Below are positions 37,339 through 49,211 of a stretch of DNA of 64,000 bases, one piece after another. Positions within the stretch are counted from its first letter, which is position 1. Every line of letters starts with the position of its first letter. Below the pieces are notes generated by a model. It was not told where the DNA came from, did no database searches, and saw only the letters and a program-made list of their open reading frames with translations. Source of the stretch: Takakia lepidozioides. Lineage: Eukaryota > Plantae > Bryophyta. The translations under genes and the position numbers were made by a program. The DNA is taken from assembly GCA_030704615.1 (NCBI GenBank), contig CM060731.1:37882001-37946000 (forward strand). Reading direction: 5' to 3'.

Positions 37339-38149
37339 CTTCGATCTCTGTCACTTACCCCAAGCCTTGTCCCTGACCCTGAACTTTGAAGATTCATGAG
37401 GGATCCGATTTCTGGCTACGTGGGAGTTAAACCTACACTGCAGCTCTGCATTGAGCATAGAGAAACAAACCTAGGACAATTTCTGCATTCAAGCAGGGTT
37501 GTCACTGAGAGGATCCATCATTATGATCATATTATTTCACTCTCGTCTGCGCGCAGGTCTTGTAGTGTGTAAAGCCTACTCATGATTAGGGGCAAACTTG
37601 TGCTGCCATAGAAATGGAAATGGACCAAAAGATGGTGCCAGTCAGGGCCCTGATGTCATGTCAGGTGCTTATCTCCACTGTGACACTATCGCAGGCCCCC
37701 ATAGGGGGTGCCTAGAGGAGCAATTACTGTAAAGCAGTTCCTTAAAAGGTGAAGGCATTACTTTGAAAGAGGTTAGAGTAGCAAGAGCTTATGTAAAATA
37801 TGTCAGTTCTGAAGAAATGTTTTCAAGTCTGCTTTACAAAAGACATTTGACTTCTGGAGGCACACTTAGTGGGAAGTCTGGGAAGGCTCCATGAGCTAGA
37901 TCCTGGTGACACTGTTTGGGCAATTGGGGCTGCTAAGTATTCTACTCATGCTCGAATTCTTCATGCACTCCTGTGTGTGCAATGCAATGATCTCTTCTTT
38001 GGGGCTGTTGAGACTTCCAGTTGTTTTTTGGATAGGCTTGTGGAGATGTGGCCTAGAGTTTCTTCTTTCCTTCCTGTATAATATGTTACTGTTCACAACT
38101 ACAAAGGAATGCCAAATAGATGATGATGATACACATTTGATTGACCCTC

Positions 38150-38530
38150 AAATCATGAGATGCTTGATGCCATTTGTCAAGAGTCAGTCTGGGCGGCAAT
38201 GGGCTCGGAGATTGCCCGTTGATCTCCAGCAAGGAAGAGAGTGTCTGTAAGTGAACTGCCAAGAAATCACACTGAAAATAGTCCAAAGTTCTGAGTGTCA
38301 ACTGTTTAGAAAGTGCGATGGATGCAGTTGTGTTGAGTTTATCGAAGCAGTTCTTGGCAAGGTCAACACAACCGTCATACTTGCAGTTAAAACTAGCCAT
38401 AACCCAGCAAGCAAGATTTCTACACATTCAAACTGTTCTGTAGAGCGAATGGTTCCAACAACGTGGTCAGTCTGCAACATTTTGCTCAGACCGATAAAGC
38501 CATCGCTCTTCTAAACAGTTTGCCGACAAG
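38150..38530 (+). mobile_element. Possible Ty1/copia gag remnant
   Basis: gataaagccatcgctcttctaaacagtttgccg translates to DKAIALLNSLP, resembling the copia gag motif. Surrounding frames are broken. Confidence 0.35.
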
Positions 38531-38789
38531 AACATGTAGGCTAAGTTTCAGTTTCCTTCATTCAGCCACCGGTCCAGTACATACACACCGTTGGTGCTTT
38601 GCAGTTATGACAGTTATGTTGTAGAAACTACGAAGGCTATCAGACTTTCAACAAAAGATTCAATCTCCATCTAAAACAGATTCACTGGGATGATATAGAG
38701 ACACATCCATATTCATAGAGTGTGTGGAAGCGCGGGAAGGGGCCACAGTTGGGGTGTGGGAGTGTGAGGAATGCTGAGGCGCAGTAGCA

Positions 38790-41700
38790 ATGGAGAACGA
38801 TGCCTTCCTCCGCTTTGTGGACACGGCTCGCACTACACTCACGGACGCTGTGGCCGTGGAGAAGAGGAAGCAGGTGCCCAGCTGGGGTTGGGTGTGCTGG
38901 CGCTTGCTGACTTGCTGCAGGGCCTACCCAAGTGGCGTCACCCCTGCCATCCTTCTCTCCGATCTCTTCCAGGTCCTACTTCTCTTGCTACCTACATTTG
39001 TGTGAAGGGAAGTGCAGGCACAATGTGTGTGTGCCTAACTCCCTGCCCTTTGTTTCACTGGGCCATGGAAGAATCTTCTCATTCATTCTAGTTTGTTTCT
39101 GGTAGACTTGAAGTTTTGGTGTGCGTGTATGGGTTTAGTAGAATAAGTGGTATGGATTCCCTTAGTACGGGGGCTCCTTTGCTGACGCATAGTTGTAGGA
39201 CCGCAGTGCAATTGAGACTGTACTTCATGCCAATGCGGCAATTCTGCTGGTGTCCACACAGTACAATGCGGTCTGAGCTTTCATCAAGGTATCATTCCTT
39301 CCGCAGGGGAGATACAGATGGAGATGACAGGGAAATTAGTGGGTCATTATTGCTGCAGGGTTGGTTTGAGAGGGAAAGAGTGGAGGGATGCTGGAAAGGG
39401 GAAAACAAAGATGCAACCGACCCCAGAAGTATGCTACAGCTGAAGAAGCAAAAGCAGCAGTGGCTACGCCTTCAAAACATGACCACCATTGACTCTATAC
39501 TTGAAAAGAAATTTGTGTCCCTGGATGCAGTGCTGGAGGTCGTTATCCTTGACGTTCACCTTCTTCCTGGTACTTTTCGTTCTTTTACCCTGTCTTGCTC
39601 TCCTACCTTCTGTTTTTGTTGCCCAGATTCATACGTGAATTTCCAGGAGACCACCTTCCATCTACCATATCTTTGCATAGAAGATCCGCAGGTGGCACGT
39701 GCACATACATGGCAAGTGGCAAATGAAACAAGTATGCTTGCAGGAACCAGCAGCTACATGTTGACTCTCGGCGACGCTTGGAGCTCTAGCACTATTGACC
39801 TTTATCTGCATCGCAAGTAAGCCGCAGCTTCCTTTCGTCTCAATTTCCTATCTGTGTCCGTTCCATTGGCATCCACAACTCCTGAATGACTGGGATCTTT
39901 CTGGCTTTGATTCTGTCAACTCGTCTCCATTATTGCAACAGAGACATGGTCAGGAACCACAGGAATAGTTGGTATGGTCATGTCTTCAACTAATTTGGTT
40001 CGGCGAATTCAATTGGAGCCAAAGAATCTGCAGTTTCCCTTTGTCGCTATTTCCTATCTTCTGTCCTTCCCTGCATCATCTCCCTTTCTGTCCTTGGCTT
40101 GACTACCATAACCTCCCCATGGATGGGATCTTTCTGGATATAAATTGCTTCAACTCTGCCCCCAATTACTTCTGTCATGCAACAGAGACATAGTGGTACC
40201 ATCAGGAATCATCATTAAACGTCTTGGGAATTAGCTCTTGTCATGATAATCCATAATGAAGCGCTTGGCTTCTTGTTTCATCTTTTCAGTACGTTTCTTG
40301 GAGAGAGGATCATTTGATTGCCTAATTGAGGAGCTTTTGCATGCATGCAGGTTTTATGACCTGCTACACCCCCATCCTGGGATTCTTAAGAGTGGTCGGG
40401 AGATTCGGTTGGCAGGTTGCCGCCTACGATCAGCTCCAGGGTTGGCCCACCTACGCCTCCTTCCCACCGAATTACTGGTTATTTTGTTGGACGAGGTCTC
40501 TCTCTTATGGATTACCTGCTGTCTAGTTGTAGGAATAGTGCTGTCTTATGGAGGAAAAATTTGCAGTTTCACTCTGGGAACATGTCTCCTTTCGAAGTCA
40601 GCTCTGTTATTGCTTCCAACACAGTGTATCTATTTTTCAGTAAATCACACTCCTTGTCAGATATCCCCAGCTTAGTCATGCAGGTATCGTCCTGGTTCTT
40701 GAAGGGAAGGCAGGTAAGCCTGCTTGAGCTGTGATAAAGGCAGTTAATGGGGAGGAGCTCATATATTGAACAGGAGCAAGAGGATGACGCTGTGCTGCTG
40801 GGTGCCAAGTTCTGTTCCGACACCTTTGCCAGCATTCAGCTCGAGTCTGTTGAGAATGGCCTCGATTACTGCTTCTATGCTAGGTTCTCTTCTTCATCAC
40901 TAAGAGTCGGTTCCAAAGTGTGTGGAGTGCTTATGTCACTTCCATGGGATTTCAAGCTCTCATGTCTCTGGTCATCTTAGGAGATTGTACAGACTACAGT
41001 GCCTCGGTGTTGAGCTCTGAATTGATGGAGTATGAAGAAGATGGGGTTGCTTGAGCATTTGGATGTGAGTTCTGTGCTACATATATGCTCGGCAGAGAAT
41101 AAGAGAGGTGAACATGGGCAGGTTGGATAAGAAAGGGGAGGTGGAGATGCAAGGGCAGCGGAACCATGTGAAGCAGCAACTCATGACACTGTGTGATGAT
41201 GCTGGTGACGCCCTACCGCTAGTGCTTTGGGACGATCAGATTGCTGTCTCCAATCTCTTGAGGTATGCCACTGTGCAAGGAAGTTAGCAGACAATCTACA
41301 TAAAATAGTTTGTTAATACATTGAGGTTACCACGGGGTTTTCACCAATGTCTGCAATATCATCTGGCTGTTTATCTTCGTTTATAAACAGCTAAATCTGA
41401 AATAGAAAAGGGAAAGGGCATAGAGAGTGAAGGTGTATTCTCTTCTCAACATCATTTCACCCACCTTACATTCCATGGAATTGTATGGGGAGGGGAGCCA
41501 AGGGCAGTGAAGGGAGCATGGTGGCAATTGAGCGACCATTCATTGCACGCGATTCCGACTGTGGTCCTCAAACAGGGACCCATTTTTGTCTGGAGTATGG
41601 GAGTGCTACCCGCCTCTATACCCTCCCTTACATCCCCACCGAGGAGCAGGTGCCATCATGTCCAGCCCCATATCCACAACCTTGATATTGTGAAAAGTTG

Positions 41701-44700
41701 TTTTCTTTATCAATCTCAGACTCGACAACCCGTTTTCACGTAATGCTGCTATCCCATTGCCAATCATAATTGTTGGCTCCTTATGTCCATCCACAGAAAG
41801 ATGTCACATAAACTTTAAAATCCCAATGTTTGGCTTTGGGCTATCCGGGAAGAAGCTGGGCGTGGGTACCCATGAAAGCTTAGCATGTCACAATTGCAGC
41901 AACCTTGTATCTTTCCAAGTCCTGTTTAGCAAAAAGGTTTGCTTGCCTTTGAAATCATCTATCTTGAAATGATGTAAGTGGGATAGGTCAGAAGATGATT
42001 TCTATGATTGATAGCTGTAGGTGTCTTGAGCCTAAACATGAATCTGGGACTTGAATTGAAGGTGACAATCGCTGGCACCCAACATTTGAAGACAATGAAC
42101 CAGATGGAAGGCTGGCGCACTGCTAAAGAGGAGGGCCAGAGAGATGACGTGTCACAAGTCGTGCTTCCTCGTGATTCTCAAGGCTCTGTGGACTTCAACA
42201 GCTTTCCCTTTCGGGTTGTCAAGCATTCCCCGAAAGCTCACCGGTCATTGCTGCTTCAAGAACATAGTGTCGAGAAAGTGGACAAAGAATGTACTCATAA
42301 GACATTGGTCGCTGTTGAAAGGGTCGAGTAGTGGGTGCAGCATTGGGACTTCCAGGAGGTCACCTATCCGCGAAAGTGGAAAAAAAGGAGGAGGGTTGAA
42401 GGTAGATGTTTTTGTTGACTGTTGTAGCGTTTCTGTGGTTTGTGCAGTTGTTAGTGGGACATTTGCAACCGAAGATGTCAAATGTAGCCCTGTATGCACT
42501 TGTCACTTTGGTGGTTCCTGAACTTGTCATGCATGCTGGGAAGCAAAAGACAAAACACACCTCTGCTTTCCTATTGAGGCTCCAAGATCCCACTGGCCAC
42601 GTGGTTGTCAAGATGCACTTCATTGATCGCTGGTATGCCTCCATCAACACTGCGCTTTGCCCCCGAGTCGATATCTGCAAAGCCAAATATTCTGTCTGCT
42701 GTCTGTGGGAAGATATAGCTTGCAGGCCACTCACTAGTGCACTGCGCAAATTTTTATCTGCAAGTTCTCGTGGGTTCCTGCTGTAGGTCTGGTGGAGAGA
42801 TATGTGCCGGTCACCTGATCTTTATTGCTGGCCTCACCACCTTTGTTAATAAAGATGGCAGGTATGCTTTCCACCCCTTTCTCTAAGTTGATTTTGGGCT
42901 GCTGCTGAGGGCCCCACTCTCTTTCTTGTATCCTGCTTGCTTTTGTCGCATAAGCTCTTTGAGCTTTCTGCAGATGTCGTAAAGTGTCTTTCTTCTTTGT
43001 TTCTCTCTTTCTATGTCATTGCCTTTTCGCCGTACCAAAGTCTGCCATCCCAACCATTCCCCCTTGCCTTCATAGGAAAACTGAGGGATGAGCTTGGATA
43101 ACCTTTGTAAGACATAAGTTTTTCAGCATAAGCCCTCATATTTCTAGAGTTGATAAGTAGTGAAATATATAACTCTGGATTGTGGTGGATGGGTGGCCAA
43201 GGGTGGAGGGCGGTTGGCAGGAGAAGGACATTGGGGCCAGGCTGGTAAACATTACACAGCTACCTGCCCTATTGTCATCTGCAACACTTCACCATGTTGT
43301 TCCACTGTCTTGCCTTTCTTCGTCCTGTCTGACCAACAATGTAAGTTCATATGTCAGATGTCCTACGTGGTGCTGTGTACTTGCCTGCAGTGAATGCATT
43401 TGATTTATAGCTCAAAAGCACAATTTGCAAACCAACATGTTTGTCAAAGATTGCCTACATGCTGAAAGCCCAGAAAGAAGACAGGGGGGGCGGGGTTGAC
43501 AATATGGGAAACAAGGAGGCATGGACGGGGGATAGGTTTCTTTCTTGCTCTGGATAGAATCCATTCCCTACTGGATTTTATCCCGGATCATCTTGAACAA
43601 ACAACGAAATAGAACCTCCAATCTACAAGGGCTGATTCATGCTCTTCTCAATCCGGTGTTGCATTGGTGTTGATGTCCATGTATAATTAGTCTTCTCTGG
43701 CCTTCATTTCCATGTGTGTGTCATGACTCAACTCCAATGCATCTTTAGTAATATAACCTGCATCCTACAAAGAGTTGCTTCATGTTCTTCTCAGTGTTGT
43801 GTTGGTGTTGATTTTCATATATGTTAGTCCTCCTGGCCTTCATCCATGTGCAAGTTTGTCGTGACTCAACTCCAATGCGTCTTTGATCTGGCCAGTTGCG
43901 TATGTTTTCACCTCATGGTTTTTCCACACAACATCCAGCCCAACCATGTGATTTGACTGACAGAATTTCTTGAGCCACATGGAATGGGTGTAATAGTAAC
44001 CAAAAACAAGTGTATGGGAGGACAGGTGTGCCGAGTGCGCATAGGCAAGCTAGGGCTGGAGAATGTGAGAGTGAGGCCCTCACATGCGGCATGTGGCAGA
44101 AGCCTCCAGCAGCCTGATCATGGTCTCTGTGCCTTCTGTGGAGGCCCTTGTGATGGCCAAGAGGTGGTCCCTCATTTTGTGCTGCACACTGCGTTGCATG
44201 ATCCTCTGGAGGTTGGAGTTGAAGTGTGGGTCAGGTGTGCAGGACAGGCTGCTGCAGAAATAATGCAAGCCTGCCCACAGGACTTTTGCTCTTGGCCTGA
44301 GGTATGTGCATATGTTCAGTAAGCTATTTCCCAACCCCTTCTTATTTGAAACAAGCAGCATGACTTGCATCTGTATTGTCTCGGGATGCGAAATGAGGAA
44401 AAATCAGCAGTAAGGTAAGAATGTATAGACACCTAGGCACTTCGCTGATAGAGAGCATGGGACATGCCATCCTGATATAAAACTAGAGCTTAAGGCCTAG
44501 ACCTTCCGTTGCAATGGATCATCACAGTTGGAGGAGGGTCAGAGTCAATATCTCTCTCTGCAGCACCATGAGGAGAAATGAAATGAAATGAAATGGTGCT
44601 TTATAACGTCCGCGGAAAGCTCGTAGAGCTTATGGGACAAAATGGAAGAAAACATGAGAGAGGAACAAATCCAGAAACCACAATTAATGTTCTAGCGCTT

Positions 44701-46872
44701 GTCTAAGGGTGAAGGCCTCGTGTAGGTAGGCTGCCACGCATTTTTGATCCTCATAGTGAAAGACATCAGTGAGAGTTTGGGTTCCACTGAATTAACAGTG
44801 GAATCTCCCACGGATCTCGTAGTATAGAGGGCAGTAGAAGAAGAAGTGTTCTTCAGTTTCAATTTCCTTGCTGCGCCCTATGCAAGCTGGACATAGGCGG
44901 TCCTCCCGTTGCAGGGTTTCCCATCTGCCAGTCTCTATCCGTAGGTTGTGGGAACCCACCCTCAACAGCCCCAATGCCCTCAAGAGGGAAGGAGATAAGG
45001 GTGCTGAAAGGTAATTTGGTCTCAAGATTCTATCATCGCGGAGCACCAAGAATGTCTCTCGATAGAAGTGGAGCTTTGTCGTGAGATTGGGTAGCATCCA
45101 AGTTCTCTTGACATGTACTTCCATAAGCTCTCTCCGAATGAGTCTGTTGCGGTCATGTCTGGATGTGATGTCCACCTCATCTGGGTTCATTGGTAATAGG
45201 AAAGCAGTAGAAAGTCCGTTACGTTGAAATAAACTGTCCACTCGAGCATACCAGGAGTTCCTGAAACCTGCAGCTTTGAGCCTCATAGATGTTGTGAGGG
45301 CCCTTGCCACTAGCCCTTTGGGTGGAAGGGCCTGCAATCTGTGGAGAAAGATTGTAAGCCTGAAGAGGACCTCAGATTGCAATGGTACACATGCGAACTC
45401 GGCACCTAGGATCTGAGATGGAGTTGTGCTCCTGGCGCCAAGCATTGCTTGGAGAAAAGATGACTGTAATGGTTCCAAATTCTTTTCCCACCAGGAGACA
45501 GGGACACCAGGTGCCCAGAACTCACAACCATAGATGGTAGCAGGGCTGACGACGGTGTCAAACAGCCACTTTTTGGTCGGGGGATGCCGCAGATGTATTT
45601 GCTTGCATTTGGCCTGAAGGCGGACGGAGGCCGCCTTACCTTTAGTCAACCTGTCCAAGGCAGTGGCTGCAAAGTGAAACTTGGGGGAGTGGATAACCAG
45701 ACCTAGGTACCGGTATGATTTCACAATCTCAATTTCCTGCTGGTTGAAGATGAATCTACGATCAGCCTGGTCATTGAAGACCATGATCTTGGTCTTGCTA
45801 AGATTGACCTGCATCCCATAGTCTTTGCAGAACTGTTCCAAAATTTTGAGATGGCGTTGCAGAAAGACCGGGGATTGTGCCAAAAGGGCAACATCATCAG
45901 CATAGAGGAGATCTGATTGGGTTGGTCCCCCATCCAATGAGACCCCAACCCCATGGTTTTTTGATATGTAATTCTCCAAGGTGTCAATGTAGATCCCGAA
46001 CAGGGTAGGTGAAAGGGGGCAGCCCTGTTTGACTCCAATGTTGCTGTGGATCTCGGCTGAGAATTCACCAGCGACGTTGACCATGCCAGTGACAATCTCA
46101 TACATAGAAGAGATGGCACAAAGGATGTCTGGAGGGACTTCCACTCTATGGAGCCGTTGGAAGAGAAGGTCCCGAGGAACTGAATCAAAGGCTTTGTGAA
46201 AGTCCACGAAGCAAACATAGACCATTCTTTTGTCATAGCGTGCACTTTCCACCATAACCTGAAGAGTGAAGATGTGGTCAATAGTGGATCGGTTTCGACG
46301 GAAACCAGCCTGTCCCTCAGCACGAATGCGAGAGTACTCAGCCCAATCATCCAGTTCCATGGCCACTACTGCCCCAAACAGTTTAGCAAGTAATGAGGAC
46401 ACCATGATAGTACGATAGTTTGTCGGTGCGAGCCTGTCACCGCTCTTAAAAAGTGGGTGGATGATGCTCTTTGTCCACTCTGTTGGAAAGCCCCGTTGCA
46501 CCACCTCATTGAAGAGAAATGAAATGAAACGAAATGTACTTTATAACCTCCGCGGAAGGCTCAAAGAGCTTATTGGACAAAATGGAAAAAACATGAGGAA
46601 ACAAAACCAGAGCCAAAAAACAGCCCAAAAGCAACTACTGCTGTAAGATGTTGATGACTGTTATATCTTTGCAATGTGGAATGGTGCAGGAGGAGCAGGC
46701 GATGTATATGTACAGCCTGGAGAATGAGGAGTTTGTAGTGGTATTGTATCTTGGGTTGGAAGATGACTTTGATGGGCCTCCATCTGCCACTATTCCTCCT
46801 TCCCAATTGCAATTAACCTCCTGGACAATGGGCAATGCCCTGAAGATTGATCTGCACCACCCTTCCTTTTGA
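38790..46872 (+). CDS. Plant nucleic-acid-binding OB-fold protein (AT3G17030-like, CDC24 OB-domain family), 13 exons
   Basis: Exons 38790-38972, 39359-39569, 39744-39816, 40351-40495, 40774-40883, 41122-41262, 41508-41649, 42062-42214, 42448-42632, 42787-42861, 43202-43340, 44026-44301, 46690-46872 are GT-AG and phase-compatible. Motifs include AYPSGVTPAILLSDL, TIDSILEKKF, LGDAWSSSTIDLYLHR, RLLPTELLVILLDE, DDAVLLGAKFCSD and CLEYGSATRLY. The family assignment is from recall. Confidence 0.82.
44571..46510 (-). mobile_element. 5'-truncated RTE/RTEX-like LINE in the last intron of the OB-fold gene
   Basis: ORF 44792-46504 (570 aa) contains NYRTI, QAGFR, FVDFHKAFD, KQGCPLSP, LLYADD, YLG and C-terminal LRIETGRW..RLCPAC..ETEEHF..CP. 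The 3' tail is (CATTT)n, seen as gaaatgaaatgaaatgaaatg at 44576-44595. Confidence 0.9.
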
Positions 46873-47316
46873 AATTCATTGGTGGGATTCTATGTTGAGC
46901 GCTGTGTACAGATCTGTGTGTGAATTGCTGGACGAAAAATGTCTTCTCAACTACCAAAGACAAATCTGAAAAAAAGCTGACTCCCATCAAAGCAAGCTCA
47001 ACTCCAAGGAACTTGCACACTAAGTTAATCAATCGCCCCTCTTTATAGCTGGTTATACAATGACTGATCTTCTATAGTTTTGAACCCACAAGCACTTGCT
47101 ATGCGGCTTGCGGCTTATGAATGTTCTTCATCCGGCACTGGATGCACAGCACGCCCACAACCGCGCGAATCCATTGCTGGGCCCAATTCTCCGAGAGACT
47201 TGTAAAATGATTTTCTCCGATTTGGGAGAGTCGATATTCCACAGTAGCAAACACAGCTTTATCACGTTGAGGTGCAGCGAGGAGCAAGGCAAAGGAAGAG
47301 AAGTGACTGAGTGGTG

Positions 47317-49211
47317 ATGATCTGCCTATCCTGGAACCGTCCTTCTTCCAAGGATCAGGCATCTTGCCTTGCCCGATGCAAGTAAAGCCATTCTGAACCT
47401 TGCTCTTCTACTTCTGCACTTTGCTGATCCTCTCAATTTCTCTTCCCTTGCTCCGGGGGCCTGCTGGGCACGCCCCCCGTGATAACAATTGCCGTTCTGT
47501 ACTTCATGATTTCGGGAAGTTCAAGTTCTTGCCAGTCTTCCTTTGTTCCCTTGTAGATTCCCCGTCTGTGTTTTTGCTGCCACTCATTTAATAGTAGACT
47601 TTACTCCCCTGGGGCTATGTATGTCTAGAAACAATGATTTAGCTCGATGGATTGTGGTAAGGTAAGCCAAAACCCACTTTCTGCTCATTATGATTTCGGG
47701 AAGTTCTTACCAGTCTTCCTTTGTTCTCTTGGAGATGGGCTGTCTGCCTTGTGCTGCCACACATTTTATAGTAGCTTCCCTGAGGGCCATGTATGTTTAA
47801 AAGAAGGATTTAGTTCGATGGATTGTGGTAAGCCCATACCCAGTTGCCAAATCTCTCTCTGTCACTTTTGGTTTTTGTATTGGCAGGGTAGGTGCTTTCA
47901 ACTATGACTCGAAGTATGTGGCAGCCACAAGGGAGGCGCCATTTTCTGAGGACCATCTGGAAAACCTGAATAAGGATGGCTATGTCATCAATCATGCGAA
48001 GGTGAAGCTTGGATCCGGGCGTGATACATTTGTGAGAGGAAAACAGTTGCTTGAGAAATGGGGGTAGGTGCTCGCTTCCCAACTTTATGTAATGTCCGTC
48101 TCTGATGTCGCGACCTCTTGAAACGTTTCTCGGCTACGTTTGGACCTGAAAATGGGCCTAGTGGATGTGACATGGTCGCTTGGTTTCCTTGCCTACCCCG
48201 ATCTCCTCCTCATAATCGGGAGTTTACTGAGCGTGATAAGCATAACCTCACTTTGAGGTCATGGATGATGGTGGATGCGCAGGCAATTTCAGCTGGGCTG
48301 GGCATCGGTAGAGGCAAGCACCCCCATCAAGCAGGGAAGCCAGTTCTGTGTGTGCAGCCGCGAGCTGGCGGCATGGATCATTAACCCATTGCAGATCCTG
48401 TATGTAGCTTGCAAGGAGTATCCACCTGGTTCCCCCTCCATGGGACTACCTCGAAATGCCCAGCAACAACAGGCAACATTTGCCTTCGGAAGTGGGACTC
48501 TCAAAGGCCATTTGCTGGTACTCTCTCTCTCTCTTTACCCCTTCTCTATGGCCTTGGCCTTGGTATAGGCCACAAAGCGCTGGCAAACAATGCCTTATGA
48601 GTACATTACCCTTCTCTTCACCCCCTTAAACGTAATACCACACAAAGCTCCGGGAGGGGCAGTTTCCCAGGGGGTCAGGCTCTGGTAAGCTAAACTTCGC
48701 TGATGGGATGAATACATTCTCTCTCTTTACCCCTTTTCTTTCAACCAAACCAGGCGAAGGCTAGGTGCACACAAGGCAAAAGCAGTCGGATAAGTACATA
48801 ACAGTTTGACAGCGTGTCTTCGAGTTTGTTGGTGCACTGAATTGTAGCTGCTCAAGTTTTATGGAAAAGTGCGCATGTATTGTTTCCCTGTAAGGTTAGG
48901 GTAAAATAGGAGTAGTAACTTATTAAGCAAGAAAAGATGACAGTAAGCCTCGGATTCATGTTTGAATCTTTTCTTGTGTGCTCACATTGATACACGTGCT
49001 TGAAATTGTTGCATTGCAGGCCGGAGAAGAAAGATTTTCAGTTGAATGGAGGGATGATGACAGTGTGTGGTATGAGATACTTTCTTTTTCAAAGCCTGTT
49101 CACTTTTTATCAATTGTAGGATACCCAATTGCTCGCCATAAACAGAAGCTTTTTGCAATGCAATCAACTGCAGCAATGGTGCAAGCTGTGGCTAGGGAGA
49201 CCTTAGGATGA
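47317..49211 (+). CDS. UPF0548 / DUF1990 family protein (At2g17695-like)
   Basis: Exons 47317-47381, 47887-48063, 48283-48517, 49020-49211 read MICLSWNRPS..GAFNYD..GYVINHAKVKLGSG..FGSGTLKGHLLAGEERFS..VWYEILSFSKP..GYP. Confidence 0.88.

Noticed and set aside
44782-44803. Small palindrome ttccactg-aattaa-cagtggaa at the LINE ORF stop
   Set aside because: An 8-bp stem can occur by chance. The stop looks like a point mutation because the frame continues beyond it.
3937-49211. U12-type introns as the explanation for missing pyrimidine tracts
   Set aside because: No GTATCCTT/ATATCCTT donors or TCCTTAAC branch sites occur at the inferred junctions.
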